From Candidatus Mcinerneyibacteriota bacterium (GTDB taxonomy: Bacteria; Macinerneyibacteriota; Macinerneyibacteria; Macinerneyibacteriales; DSCS01), in NCBI GenBank assembly GCA_016937175.1, contig JAFGWL010000013.1, forward strand, positions 18,821 through 82,820: a DNA stretch of 64,000 bases. The letters are read 5' to 3'. The translations under genes and the position numbers were made by a program. The notes under the pieces are model-generated. The model saw nothing but the letters and a program-made list of their open reading frames with translations. It was not told the DNA's origin and did not search any database. Positions 46,373-56,903 of this stretch are shown one piece after another; position 1 is the first letter of the stretch, and the number at the start of each line of letters is the position of its first letter.

Positions 46373-47446
46373 TTAGAGCCCCAAACGCTCCAAAACTCCC
46401 AGAATTAGGGTGTTGGAGATGAAAAAGGCGTCCGGGACAAGGGACAGCTGCCGCCCCTCCAGTTTTAAAAAGCTTCGCAGCTCCCCCAGGGAGTGTTCCA
46501 GGATCCCGGTTTCTGCTTCTGTCAGAGTGATGCCCTCTTCCAGGCGGAGGCCCATCATCACTTCGATATTTCTCTTCTCTTTTGTGCCGAGACGCTGCCG
46601 CGCACTTCCCTCTCCGCTCATATAGAGAGCCAGATCATCAGGATTCCGGGTCATCTCTCTTCCTGTATACCCTGAAGCTCCTGCTCCCAGGCCGATATAA
46701 GGAGTAAAGTGCCAATATTTAAGGTTATGGAGAGATTCATATCCGGGACGGGCAAAATTGGAGATCTCATATCGCCTGTAGCCTCTTGTTTCCAATTCAG
46801 CCACAAGTTTTGCATAGGACTCGGCTTCTTCATCATTGCCGGCTTCAGCAGCCTCTCCTCTGTCGATCCTTTTTTGCAGGGGTGTCCCCTCCTCTACCTT
46901 GAGGTCATACCATGAGATGTGATCGGGATCGATCCTGCCCAACACCTCCCCCTCCTCTCGGACATCCTCGCCGGGAATTCCGAAGATCAGGTCTACAGAG
47001 AGGTTGTCGAAGGCCTCCCGGGCCAGGAGAAGGCGTTCTTCCATATCAGACACAGAGCGCCGTCCCAGATATCGCCGCTTCTTTTCAGAAAAGGACTGCA
47101 CACCCACGGAGAGACGGTTGAACCCGGCCTCTTTGAGACAGGAGAGCTTCTGAGGTGAGATATCCTCAGGGTTGACTTCCATGGTGACTTCCCGGCGGGT
47201 GCCCGGGAAAAAACGTTCTGTAGCCGCCATAAGCCGCATGATCTGGCTGCAGGAAAGAAGAGAGGGTGTCCCCCCTCCCACATAAAGGGTGTCGGCGGCA
47301 TCTCCCCCCTTCTCCTCCATCTCCCGGATCAGGGCATCCAGATAGGAGTCGGGAACAGACGAACTCTCCTCAGAGTAGAAGGCGCAGTAATCGCATTTGC
47401 GACGGCAGAAAGGAATATGGATATAGAGCCCGTTTTCAAGGCTCAT
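46373..47446 (-). CDS. hemW: radical SAM heme chaperone HemW (HemN-like, oxygen-independent coproporphyrinogen oxidase family)
   Basis: LYIHIPFCRRKCDYCAF (CxxxCxxC), YVGGGTPS. Confidence 0.85.
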   Translation of the reverse strand: MSLENGLYIHIPFCRRKCDYCAFYSEESSSVPDSYLDALIREMEEKGGDAADTLYVGGGTPSLLSCSQIMRLMAATERFFPGTRREVTMEVNPEDISPQKLSCLKEAGFNRLSVGVQSFSEKKRRYLGRRSVSDMEERLLLAREAFDNLSVDLIFGIPGEDVREEGEVLGRIDPDHISWYDLKVEEGTPLQKRIDRGEAAEAGNDEEAESYAKLVAELETRGYRRYEISNFARPGYESLHNLKYWHFTPYIGLGAGASGYTGREMTRNPDDLALYMSGEGSARQRLGTKEKRNIEVMMGLRLEEGITLTEAETGILEHSLGELRSFLKLEGRQLSLVPDAFFISNTLILGVLERLGL

Positions 47447-48668
47447 AGGGCCTCACAGCATAAAGATGATGGCTGTCGGCCCCGAAGATGAGATATTTGC
47501 TGCCCATAGCCGGCGTTGTACGGTCGATATGGTGTTTGATGGCAAACTTATACCGGCGTTCAAATGTGGCTGTATCATATCCGTAAAGAGCATAATCGTA
47601 GGAGCCGAAATAGAGGATCCCTTCGTGGAGAAGAAAACCTCCGTTGACAGCGCCCCCTTTCCGGAATTTCAGGTCGAAATCCATCCAGCGGTGATCGGTG
47701 TTAAGCTCGCCTTTTTTCTCTCCGGTGATACGGTCAAATAGGGCCACGCCCGTCTCAGTCCCGGCGGCGATGGTATCTCCGAAAAAAACAGGCCTGGCAG
47801 GAGTCAACCCCGCCTCATAGACCCGGAGCTCGTCCTCCCAGGCGGCGATGTCAAAAAGATGGAGATAATCCCCCCGGGTGGCAAAGAGCGCTGTGCTGCC
47901 TTCTACAAAGAGAGGCGATGTAATGGGAGCGTTTTTCTTTTCGATCCCGTCATAATCGATGTATTTATCATCAGATTCCCAGCTTTTGAAAAGAGCGCCC
48001 CTCTCATCAAGGAGGAAAAGTGTATTCCCTGAAGCTCCGAAAAAGCCGTGGGGTGTCAGAAATAGGCTGTCCCGAAACCCCCCGGAGAAATGCTTTTCAA
48101 ACAGGACTTTTTTATCCTCCCGGCTCCAGCAGACCAGGCGCCCGTTTTCATTCCCGGCAGCGATAAACCGGTCTGTAACCAGGGGAGCCGCGGTAACCCA
48201 TCCTCCCGTATCCTCGCTCCAGAGGATCTCTCCGTTAGAAGCGTCGATCTCGTAGACCCGGCCTGTATCAGACCCCACAAAGACGGATCCGCCGTGATAG
48301 ACCGGTGATGAGAGGTTCTGGTCTGACTCTCCCAGGGGCTCTGTTTCCCAGCGCACCTCTCCGTTGTCCTCTTCCAGGGCCACAAGGACCGCCTTAAATC
48401 GTTTCTGCTCCAGCTCCAGAGCGATACCCGGTTTGATCCTCTGCACCCTGGGGATCACATAGCGCCCTTCGGCTGTCTCATCCTTGGTGATAAGGACTTT
48501 CCATGTGATCACAAGACCGTGTTCCGGAAGGGTCAGGGGGACGGTCTGGACCTTCAGCGTCTCCCCCAGGTCATAGCGCCAGACTTCTTCTGAGCGTCCG
48601 CAGCCCGATAAAACGATAAACGAAAGAAAAGGGATAAAAAAGAGGAAGGACCTTCTACTTATCATCAT
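47436..48668 (-). CDS. PQQ-repeat beta-propeller lipoprotein (BamB-like)
   Basis: Lipobox IVLSGCG; repeated PQQ-like strands ([13 protein letters not shown]..., [17 protein letters not shown]...). Confidence 0.6.
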   Translation of the reverse strand: MMISRRSFLFFIPFLSFIVLSGCGRSEEVWRYDLGETLKVQTVPLTLPEHGLVITWKVLITKDETAEGRYVIPRVQRIKPGIALELEQKRFKAVLVALEEDNGEVRWETEPLGESDQNLSSPVYHGGSVFVGSDTGRVYEIDASNGEILWSEDTGGWVTAAPLVTDRFIAAGNENGRLVCWSREDKKVLFEKHFSGGFRDSLFLTPHGFFGASGNTLFLLDERGALFKSWESDDKYIDYDGIEKKNAPITSPLFVEGSTALFATRGDYLHLFDIAAWEDELRVYEAGLTPARPVFFGDTIAAGTETGVALFDRITGEKKGELNTDHRWMDFDLKFRKGGAVNGGFLLHEGILYFGSYDYALYGYDTATFERRYKFAIKHHIDRTTPAMGSKYLIFGADSHHLYAVRPYEP

Positions 48669-50442
48669 CCACCTGCAGAACAGAGAGGAAGGCTTCCTGG
48701 GGGATCTCCACCTTTCCCACCCGTTTCATGCGTCTTTTCCCCTCTTTCTGTTTTTCAAGGAGTTTCTTCTTCCGTGTGATGTCGCCGCCGTAGCATTTGG
48801 CTGTGACGTTTTTGCGCAGGGGCTTGACCGAGGAGCGGGTAAGGATCTTGGAGCCCAGGGCTGCCTGGATGACCACTTCAAAAAGCTGTCTGGGAATATT
48901 CTCCTTGAGTTTTCGCACCACTCCCATCCCCCTGTGATAGGCCTGCTCCTTATGGACGATCACGGTAAGAGCGTCCACGGGTTCTCCGTTGATGAGGATA
49001 GAGAGTTTAGCCAGCTCCCCTCTCCTGTGCCCACAATATTGATAATCGAAGGAGGCGTAACCCGAAGTCAGGGATTTCAGGCGGTCGAAGAATTCAAAAA
49101 TGATCTCGCTCAGGGGCATGTCGTATTTGAGCATGACCCGTTCTTCAGTGAGATAGGTCATCCCCTTATGGATCCCGCGCTTGTCGATACAGAGCTTCAT
49201 CACCGCTCCTATATATTCCGAAGGAAGCAGGATCTCCACATTGACATAGGGCTCTTCAAGATATTCCAGTTTTGTCTCATCCACCTGGGACGGGTTGTGG
49301 ATCTCAGCCACAGAGCCGTCTTTCATAAAGGCCTTGTAGACTACGCTTGGCGTCGTGATAACCAGATCCATATTGAATTCCCTCTCAAGACGCTCCTGGG
49401 TCACCTCCATGTGAAGAAGGCCCAGAAACCCCACACGAAACCCGAATCCCAGCGCCTGGGAAGTCTCGGGTTCAAACATAAGGGCGGCATCATTGAGTTG
49501 GAGTTTATCCAGGGCTTCACGAAGCTCGGGATATTTGTCGTTGTCGGCGGGATACATCCCGCAGTAGACCATGGGAAGGATCTCCCGGTATCCGGGCAAG
49601 GACTTCTCCGTGGGCCGGGCTGCCAGGGTGATGGTGTCTCCCACTTTGGCGTCGCTGATGGTCTTTATCCCGGCGATTATATATCCTACATCTCCGGCTT
49701 CCAGTTCGGAGACATTCTTCATCACAGGCTGGAAGATCCCTGTCTCCAGGACATCGTGGACCGCTCCTGTGCTCATCAGCTTGATCTTGTCTCCTTTACG
49801 TACAGACCCGTCGAAGATACGTACGTAGAGGATGACTCCTTTGTAGGAGTCGTAATGGGAGTCGAATATAAGGGCCTTGAGAGGCTTTTCTGAATCTCCC
49901 GTGGGAGCCGGGATCCGCTCGATGATGGCATCCAAAACAGCCTCTATCCCGATCCCTTCCTTGGCGCTGGCAGGGATAACGGCATCGGGGTCGAAGCCGA
50001 TCTGGCCCACAAGCTCCTCTGTGGTCTTGTCAACATCGGCTCCGGGAAGGTCTATCTTGTTCAGAACCGGGATGAGGACCAGGTCGTGGTCCACAGCCAG
50101 GTAGGCATTGGCAAGGGTCTGGGCCTGGATCCCCTGGGAAGCATCCACCACAAGAAGAGCTCCCTCGCAGGCCGTAAGGGCCCGGGATACCTCATAGGAG
50201 AAATCCACATGCCCGGGCGTATCGATGAGATGAAGGCGGTAGCCTTTGTATATGATGCGTACAGCCTGGGATTTGATTGTGATCCCCCGTTCGCGTTCGA
50301 TATCCATGGAATCAAGATACTGCTCCTTCATGTCCCGTTTGGAGACAGTCTGGGTAAACTCAAGCATCCGGTCTGCAAGTGTCGACTTGCCGTGGTCGAT
50401 ATGGGCTATAATGGAAAAATTCCTTATTTTGTCAATACTCAT
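48655..50442 (-). CDS. lepA: elongation factor 4
   Basis: [31 protein letters not shown]-domain plus LepA C-terminal domain. Confidence 0.95.
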   Translation of the reverse strand: MSIDKIRNFSIIAHIDHGKSTLADRMLEFTQTVSKRDMKEQYLDSMDIERERGITIKSQAVRIIYKGYRLHLIDTPGHVDFSYEVSRALTACEGALLVVDASQGIQAQTLANAYLAVDHDLVLIPVLNKIDLPGADVDKTTEELVGQIGFDPDAVIPASAKEGIGIEAVLDAIIERIPAPTGDSEKPLKALIFDSHYDSYKGVILYVRIFDGSVRKGDKIKLMSTGAVHDVLETGIFQPVMKNVSELEAGDVGYIIAGIKTISDAKVGDTITLAARPTEKSLPGYREILPMVYCGMYPADNDKYPELREALDKLQLNDAALMFEPETSQALGFGFRVGFLGLLHMEVTQERLEREFNMDLVITTPSVVYKAFMKDGSVAEIHNPSQVDETKLEYLEEPYVNVEILLPSEYIGAVMKLCIDKRGIHKGMTYLTEERVMLKYDMPLSEIIFEFFDRLKSLTSGYASFDYQYCGHRRGELAKLSILINGEPVDALTVIVHKEQAYHRGMGVVRKLKENIPRQLFEVVIQAALGSKILTRSSVKPLRKNVTAKCYGGDITRKKKLLEKQKEGKRRMKRVGKVEIPQEAFLSVLQVDDDK

Positions 50443-50450
50443 CTTTCACC

Positions 50451-51233
50451 TCAAAATCTGTAGCTCAGGGAGAAGATATTAGCCATTAACTCCCCGTCAT
50501 CTATCTGTGTTGCATATTCCAGTATAAAGATCCCGGCCCGGAGGACCATCCCTCCGGTCCAATGCTCCTCATTAAATCCGCTCACCAGGGAAAAGGCTTC
50601 GCTGACAGCCCATTCGGCTCCTCCGTGGAGAGTCTTCTCGCCCTGCGTTGACTCCCAGCGGGCAGTCAGGGTCAGAAAACGCCAGGAAGTCCCCCCGTAG
50701 AGGTTGATACGGCTCTCGTTTCCCATGGTTTCGAAAGAGCCCCCGGCCATGAAGGCATCCCCTTTCCAGCCGGCGGCCAGAGCCGGGATGAAGAAGGTCT
50801 TCTTCTCAGGGCCGTTTTCCCGGAAAAGGAAACGGAAAGAGCCTGTCAGGCGAAAAGGTCCTTTCAGCTTTCTGTATCCCAGGCTGAAAGCTGTATCCCG
50901 GGAGCGGTAATCCCTTGTGATCTCCCCCCATTCATCCCGTCCTTCGATCTCCCCCCAGTTATAGTGGATGAGATCGGCAAAGTACTCCCTCCAGGCAGCC
51001 GAGATATAGTGGACCCTTATATCAGCCGGGAGGAAAGAGGTGGAGAAGTAGGCATGGTTCCCGTCCGCCCAGAAAGGGTTCCCTGTATAGGCCCGGCCTT
51101 CCGGGTCGAAGGAATTTCCCGCCCCCAGGGCCCGGACCGAATAGGGAAAAGAGAGAACGGAAATATCACTCTTTTCAGCTCTTAAAGGGTTCCAAAAAGC
51201 AAAAAAGAGAATCAAGATCAGAAGCTTTTTCAT
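50451..51233 (-). CDS. putative outer-membrane beta-barrel protein
   Basis: Signal peptide; alternating amphipathic strands; C-terminal aromatic (…SLSYRF). Confidence 0.5.
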   Translation of the reverse strand: MKKLLILILFFAFWNPLRAEKSDISVLSFPYSVRALGAGNSFDPEGRAYTGNPFWADGNHAYFSTSFLPADIRVHYISAAWREYFADLIHYNWGEIEGRDEWGEITRDYRSRDTAFSLGYRKLKGPFRLTGSFRFLFRENGPEKKTFFIPALAAGWKGDAFMAGGSFETMGNESRINLYGGTSWRFLTLTARWESTQGEKTLHGGAEWAVSEAFSLVSGFNEEHWTGGMVLRAGIFILEYATQIDDGELMANIFSLSYRF

Positions 51234-51315
51234 TTGTGTGAGAATAGTGAAAATTCATGTCACCGTCAACCCCTTTCTCCACAGGCGAAAGGGAGGGGCG
51301 AGCCATAAAAGAAAC

Positions 51316-52293
51316 CTATTCCCAGAGATACCGGGTCAGTTTCCGGATGACGATATAAGGGTCTTCTCCTCGTTTAAAGGCGATATCCGCATCTGAAAAC
51401 GAGGTCAGTGTCTTTTTCAGCGCCACTTCGGAATGGCGCAGCGCTGTTGCTTTATAATCCTTGAGCTGCATAAGATAGGGATGCATTCCGATCCGGGCGG
51501 CCAGGGCCTTTCCTGATTCGTTTCTGTAGGCGTGGACCAGAAGCATTTTTTTCACTTCATTAAAAAGGAGTGTCAGGACGGCCAGAAGGTCTCCTGTGTC
51601 CATCTTCCGGATCAAAGGGAGAAGAGACGTAAAAAAGTCTCTCTTTTTCTTTTCCCGGAGCCTGTCGAGACAATCGAAGACCGTCCATTTTGCGAAGGTC
51701 CCTGAAAAGTGATCCAGATCCTCACGGGTAACCTTTTTTTTGTCTCCCAGAAAAAGGATAAGTTTATCGGCTTCCTGGAGGAGGATGACGATGGAGTTCT
51801 CGTTGATCTCCAGAAAACACTGAAGAGCTTCGGGGGACAGGGATATGCCGCGCGCCCTGAAGCGCTCCCGTACGATATCGGCAATCTGCTTTTCATAGAG
51901 GCGCGGCCCCTTGATGACCTGTTCCCCTTTGAGTGCGCTGAAAGGCTTTTTTTTGGTGGCTGTTTCGTTTTCCGTGTAGAAAATAACAGTCTTCCCGGCT
52001 GAGGCACTCTGGCGAAGAGGCTCCTCCAGTAAAGTATTCCCTGTAAATTTTTCGGACCTTTTGATGAAATAGACCTTATTTTCTGAAAACATATCCCGTG
52101 AGGAGAGTTCATCGCTCAAAAAGTCCGGGGGCGTATCGTCGCCCGAGAGAAGTTCAACGGCTTCTTCGCTTTCTCGGGACGAGAGGGCTTCCCTCAGAGC
52201 CGCTTCATAGTAGGGAGAAGCGGAAACGATCAGATAGGCCCCGGGCGGGAGCGTCCCCTTTTCCAGACGGCCTAAAAGCTCCTGAAAGGTCAT
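51316..52293 (-). CDS. holA: DNA polymerase III delta subunit
   Basis: 325 aa; positioned after lptE as in the E. coli leuS-lptE-holA block; delta-like N-terminal region. Confidence 0.6.
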   Translation of the reverse strand: MTFQELLGRLEKGTLPPGAYLIVSASPYYEAALREALSSRESEEAVELLSGDDTPPDFLSDELSSRDMFSENKVYFIKRSEKFTGNTLLEEPLRQSASAGKTVIFYTENETATKKKPFSALKGEQVIKGPRLYEKQIADIVRERFRARGISLSPEALQCFLEINENSIVILLQEADKLILFLGDKKKVTREDLDHFSGTFAKWTVFDCLDRLREKKKRDFFTSLLPLIRKMDTGDLLAVLTLLFNEVKKMLLVHAYRNESGKALAARIGMHPYLMQLKDYKATALRHSEVALKKTLTSFSDADIAFKRGEDPYIVIRKLTRYLWE

Positions 52294-52294
52294 A

Positions 52295-52777
52295 TCAGAA
52301 CCCTTCCATGACCGTATCTCTCAGGTCTGAAGCCAGGGCTTTGGCTGTTCTCTCCACAAGCACAGAGTCACTTACACTGATATCATACTCGTAAAAGGCT
52401 TCATAATTATAATCATCGTCTGATTCCACAACCTTCTCTCCCTGGGAGAAGGTGTATCCCAGGCGGATAGTGATCTTGACTGACGTCGGGTTTCCGGCGC
52501 TGTCGATGGACCCGGTCTCCTTGCGGTACTCCTTCACCTTCACATCGAGGATGCTGTCGGCGTCCCCTTCGCTTTCCGGGGACAGATTCCCGTCATTGAT
52601 AAACGAATCATTCAGATAGCGGTAGAGAAGGTCCCCCAACTCGTATTTAATGGTCTTGTTCTCCACAGGGCGTATATGGAGGGTCCTGACTCCTTCCAGC
52701 CTTGTATTACGAAATGTATAGGTACAGGCGGCAAGAAAGGCCAGGATAAGGAAAAGAAAGGTCTTTAGAAGTCTCAT
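52295..52777 (-). CDS. lptE: LPS-assembly lipoprotein LptE-like
   Basis: Lipobox LAFLAACTY; 160 aa; lptE-holA synteny. Confidence 0.55.
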   Translation of the reverse strand: MRLLKTFLFLILAFLAACTYTFRNTRLEGVRTLHIRPVENKTIKYELGDLLYRYLNDSFINDGNLSPESEGDADSILDVKVKEYRKETGSIDSAGNPTSVKITIRLGYTFSQGEKVVESDDDYNYEAFYEYDISVSDSVLVERTAKALASDLRDTVMEGF

Positions 52778-54372
52778 TCCAGCTCCTTTTTGGTGAAATC
52801 GGTGTAGCGGTCCTGAAAAGCCTTGCTTTTTTCAGGATAGTCTATCATATAGTGGATCCCCCTCGATTCTTTGCGCCATTGGGCCGAACGCACAGTGATC
52901 AGGGCGTTGATGATAATATTGCGCATCTCGATGAGATTCACCGAGAGAGGGTTGGCGTAATAAAACTCCCGGATCTCGTCCCGGATAAGATGGATTCTTT
53001 TCAGAGCCGCCTCCAGGCGCTTGTCCGATCGCACGATCCCCACAAAATTCCACATGGTCCGCCGGAGTTCATCCCAGTTATGGTTGATGAAGACATTTTC
53101 GTGTTTGGGGGTGGTGGGAGATTCCCAGGGGTCCAGTTCAGGCACAGGGTCCCCCTTTTCTCCGCGGTGTATGCTTTCGGCGGCCATTAAGGCCATGGCG
53201 CCCCCTTCCAGAAGAGAATTGCTGGCCAGCCGGTTTGCCCCGTGAAATCCTGTGCAGGCTGTCTCCCCCAGGGCATAGAGGTTCTCTATATCGGTCTGCC
53301 CGTCTATATCAGCTTTGATCCCGCCGCAGGTGTAGTGAGCTGCCGGGACCACGGGGATCATCTCTTTGGTGATATCGATGTTGTACTCCAGACATTTACT
53401 GTAGATATTGGGGAAACGGCCGGTGATAAACTCTTTGGGCTTCATGGATATATCCAGATAGAGGTGGTCAGCCCCGGACCGTTTCATCTCGGTATCCATG
53501 GCCCTGGCTACGACATCCCGGGGCGCCAGGGATTTCAGGTGATGATACCGGTGCATAAAGGGCTCACCGTTCTCATCCTTGAGGATCCCCCCCTCTCCCC
53601 GGACCGCTTCTGAGATAAGGAAATTCTTGGCGTAAGGGTGATAGAGCGTCGTGGGATGAAACTGCATAAACTCCATATTCCGGATAACAGCCCCGGCCCG
53701 GTAGGCCATGGCTATCCCGTCTCCCGTTGCTGTATCGGGGTTGGAGGTGTAGAGATAGATCTTGCCGGCGCCGCCTGTAGCCAGAAAAGTCTTCCGGGCC
53801 CCCACAGCCAGGACTTCATTATTCTGTTTATTGTAGACATAGGCGCCCCAACACCTTTTTCTCTCTGATTTTACCGACTTCATCTTATATTCCATGATCA
53901 GGTCGATGGCAAAATGGTAGGGCATGAAGATGATGTTAGGATGCTGGCGCACTTTTTTCAGAAGTTTACTCTGGATCTCCCGCCCTGTGATATCTTTATA
54001 AAAGAGGATCCGGTTCTCTGAATGGGCCCCTTCCCGGGAAAGCCGGTATTCTGAACCCGATTTCTCAAAGAGGACACCGTGCCGTGTCAGGGCTTCGATG
54101 ACAGGCGCTCCGCAGCCGACCATACGGCTCACCACATCCTGATCGCAGAGACCGTCTCCGGCCACGAGGGTGTCCCGGATATGCTTGTCGGCACTGTCCT
54201 GCGTTCCCGGAAGGACTGCAGCGATCCCGCCCTGGGCGTAATAGGTATTGTTCCCCTCTTCGGGGCCCTCTTTACACAACAGGATCACCTGCCCCTTTGA
54301 AGCGATCTCCAGGGCCAGAAGAGATCCGGCGATGCCGTTTCCGATGATAAGATAATCGGTTTTAAAAATCAT
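52774..54372 (-). CDS. nadB: L-aspartate oxidase
   Basis: FAD-binding DYLIIGNGIAGS; RAGAVIRNMEFMQFHPT; HGANRLASNSLLE. Confidence 0.9.
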   Translation of the reverse strand: MIFKTDYLIIGNGIAGSLLALEIASKGQVILLCKEGPEEGNNTYYAQGGIAAVLPGTQDSADKHIRDTLVAGDGLCDQDVVSRMVGCGAPVIEALTRHGVLFEKSGSEYRLSREGAHSENRILFYKDITGREIQSKLLKKVRQHPNIIFMPYHFAIDLIMEYKMKSVKSERKRCWGAYVYNKQNNEVLAVGARKTFLATGGAGKIYLYTSNPDTATGDGIAMAYRAGAVIRNMEFMQFHPTTLYHPYAKNFLISEAVRGEGGILKDENGEPFMHRYHHLKSLAPRDVVARAMDTEMKRSGADHLYLDISMKPKEFITGRFPNIYSKCLEYNIDITKEMIPVVPAAHYTCGGIKADIDGQTDIENLYALGETACTGFHGANRLASNSLLEGGAMALMAAESIHRGEKGDPVPELDPWESPTTPKHENVFINHNWDELRRTMWNFVGIVRSDKRLEAALKRIHLIRDEIREFYYANPLSVNLIEMRNIIINALITVRSAQWRKESRGIHYMIDYPEKSKAFQDRYTDFTKKELE

Positions 54373-54413
54373 ATTCCACCTTACCGAAAAGTTTAGTCGT
54401 CACCTGAAAAAAG

Positions 54414-55694
54414 TCAACGGCCAATCTCGTCCCCCTCTTGTAAAGACAGCTTCATCTCCTCTTTGACGCGTCCGGCCGCTTCCGGGACAGAAAGCGATTC
54501 TGTCGCTAAAATAAGGTCTGATAGGGAGAAATAGGAACTCAGCCGCGCTTCATAGAGCCGGAAGATCTCTTCCTTGTCTTTCCCGCTTAACAGAGGTCGG
54601 TCAGAAGCCCGCTTGAGGGCAGTTTCCGGTGTCGTCCACAGAAAGAGGACAAGGGCTTCCGGAGGGATCCTTTCCCTGTTTACCGGATCCAGCCAGAGTC
54701 CGCCCCCCGAATCAATGACATCATAGGAAAAGAGCTCGCCCCGTTTGACGATATCGCTTTCCAGGGCGCGGAATCCCTTTTCCCCCAAGGTAGAAAAAGC
54801 TTCGTGGCGGTCGAGAGCCGTTCTCTTCTCAATCTCATCGTCTGTGGAAAAATGAGTCATCCCCTCTTTTTGCAGCTCCCGGGCCAGTGCTGTCTTTCCT
54901 GTTCCCATAAATCCAGTGAGTATCAGAGGTTTACCTTTTTTCAGAGAACGCAGCCCCTCTTTCCCGGGATCACCGGTTAAAGGCCCTGAGTGGGTCATCA
55001 GGACGAAAGAAGCCCTTCCCTGCTCTATGAGCCATTCTTCTCCGCGGAAGGTTTTTAAGCCCCTTTTGAGGCCTCTGAGAGCGGTTTCAGAGCCGGGATA
55101 GGCTGCATCGATTATTATTCCGTTAAATTCCGGATGAAGTGCCAGAGGATCCGCCTGACGAGGGAGAGCGCAGATAAGCAGTCGGAAGCTTTCCCAGGAG
55201 GATTCCCATCTTATCAGGGGTATTTTGAACAAATCAGCAGTCTTTTCCCCTCGCGAAGTACTTCTATTGGCCAGAAAGACGTCCATCCCCTCGTGAAGGG
55301 CCGCAAGGACCGCCGCTTTCCCCGCCCCGCCGGCTCCGGCGATGAGCACACGGCATCCTTTGGGGATTCCGCTCTTTCGGATGAAAGCCCGCACAGCTGC
55401 ATAATCAGTGTTGCAGGCTTTCCAGAGCCCCTCTTCCCTTATAAGCAGGTTGGCTGCACCGACGTTTCGTGCAGCCTCGTCGCTTTTGTCAGCCAATTTC
55501 AGGGCCGTTTCCTTGAGAGGGCTTGTGATATTGAGCCCTTTTAAGGGGAAATGAGTAAGGATCATGCGCAGTTCTTCTTCTGTCGCTGCTAAAAAACGCC
55601 CGTAACGGCCCTTTTCTCCAGAAAAGAGAGAAAAGAGTTCAGGGCTTTTGGAATGAAGGACAGGAAAACCCGCCACACCGTACAACCCGTTCAT
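54414..55694 (-). CDS. bifunctional shikimate dehydrogenase (N-terminal) / shikimate kinase (C-terminal)
   Basis: AroE motifs GFPVLHSKSP, NTDY; C-terminal P-loop LILTGFMGTGKTALAREL. Probable start MNGLYG (GGAGA RBS) rather than the ORF-track start at 55709. Confidence 0.8.
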   Translation of the reverse strand: MNGLYGVAGFPVLHSKSPELFSLFSGEKGRYGRFLAATEEELRMILTHFPLKGLNITSPLKETALKLADKSDEAARNVGAANLLIREEGLWKACNTDYAAVRAFIRKSGIPKGCRVLIAGAGGAGKAAVLAALHEGMDVFLANRSTSRGEKTADLFKIPLIRWESSWESFRLLICALPRQADPLALHPEFNGIIIDAAYPGSETALRGLKRGLKTFRGEEWLIEQGRASFVLMTHSGPLTGDPGKEGLRSLKKGKPLILTGFMGTGKTALARELQKEGMTHFSTDDEIEKRTALDRHEAFSTLGEKGFRALESDIVKRGELFSYDVIDSGGGLWLDPVNRERIPPEALVLFLWTTPETALKRASDRPLLSGKDKEEIFRLYEARLSSYFSLSDLILATESLSVPEAAGRVKEEMKLSLQEGDEIGR

Positions 55695-55752
55695 CTTAAA
55701 AATCTCCATAACTCAGTGTAGCACAGATCGGAAGTTTTTCATCAGGGGATAT

Positions 55753-55781
55753 AAAAAAAAGGGGCCGCTTCATGCGGCCCC
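55753..55781 (-). terminator. rho-independent terminator of the TPR-SLH lipoprotein gene (bidirectional-type hairpin)
   Basis: GGGGCCGC-ttcat-GCGGCCCC followed on minus strand by U8 (A-run 55753-55760), 10 nt after the stop at 55791. Confidence 0.8.
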
Positions 55782-55790
55782 TGAAGGGAC

Positions 55791-56885
55791 TTATTTGAGG
55801 ATCGTCTTGAGCTTTTTAATGGCCATGATGGCTTTTCGCCCCGGAACTTTTTCATCGATTCCGAAGGTCCCTGTGATATTGGTCTCCAGGATACCGCGGC
55901 TGGTGCAGATCATGACAGCGTTGAAAGCGAAGTGGCTCCCGGGAACATCTGAAAAGGGTGACGGTGTCCCGATGAACTGAGTGGCCATCTTGGGATCATT
56001 GGCGATCTTCATGATGATACGGGAGATGAAGACAGCGTAGTCGGCTTTGGTGATGGCTCTTTCCGGATGGTACATCCCGTCGGGATAAAGGTCGATGATG
56101 CCCCCTTCCACGACTTTGGAAATAAAGGAGTAGGCCCAGTGATCGGTGCTTACATCGGGAAGAGAAAACTCCTCTTCAGGGACATTCCCCGCTCCATACT
56201 CCTGGAAACCCTGTTTTTCCTCCTCTTTGAAGAGGTCTTCCACGTCGATCTCATCCACGAAGAGAGCAGCAGCATCCGCCCTTGTGATGGCGGGGCTCAT
56301 GGCGATACGCCGGGCAGCTTTTCCCATACCGGCCACAGCCATCTGCATCTCGTTCAGTTCGTTGAGATACTTCATGGTCTGGGGATCATTGGCTTTGATG
56401 TTCAGGGCGTTGGTATACCAGTTGCGGGCTTCTTCATATTCTCCCAGGCGGTACTGAGCATAGCCCACCATACGTGTGGTGACTTCTGAATTCTCATTGA
56501 GCTTGTAGGCTTTCATAAAGGCTTTCAGGGCGTCTTTGGGCTCGTTCATGGCCAGGGAGACTTTCCCCATGACGATGTAGCCGGGCCAGTACTTGGAGTC
56601 TTTGGAGACGCACTCTTCAGCCATTTTAAGGGCGGGTTTGTACTTCTCTTCCCCGAGGTAGGCGTAAGCCATCCCCTCATAGGCCGGGGCATATTTGGGA
56701 TCCAGGCTCTTGGCCAGGTTGAACTCGTTGAAGGCTTTTTCCCATTCACCGGCATCGATATACTTCATCCCCTCTTTATAATGGGATTCAGGTGTATCCA
56801 TGATGCTTTCCTGTTTCCTCTCGGGGCCGCATCCGGCCACAAGGATCACAGCAAGCAGAATAATGACAGCATAAAAACGTTTCAT
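55791..56885 (-). CDS. lipoprotein with N-terminal TPR repeats and C-terminal tandem SLH (S-layer homology) domains
   Basis: Lipobox ILVAGCG; TPR-like helices (AFNEFNLAKSLDPKYAPAYEGMAYAYL...); SLH motifs DVSTDHWAYSFISKVVEGGI...ITKADYAVFI and FSDVPGSHFAFNAVMICTSRGIL. Confidence 0.7.
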   Translation of the reverse strand: MKRFYAVIILLAVILVAGCGPERKQESIMDTPESHYKEGMKYIDAGEWEKAFNEFNLAKSLDPKYAPAYEGMAYAYLGEEKYKPALKMAEECVSKDSKYWPGYIVMGKVSLAMNEPKDALKAFMKAYKLNENSEVTTRMVGYAQYRLGEYEEARNWYTNALNIKANDPQTMKYLNELNEMQMAVAGMGKAARRIAMSPAITRADAAALFVDEIDVEDLFKEEEKQGFQEYGAGNVPEEEFSLPDVSTDHWAYSFISKVVEGGIIDLYPDGMYHPERAITKADYAVFISRIIMKIANDPKMATQFIGTPSPFSDVPGSHFAFNAVMICTSRGILETNITGTFGIDEKVPGRKAIMAIKKLKTILK

Positions 56886-56903
56886 GTCGATCCCCCGTCC
56901 TTC

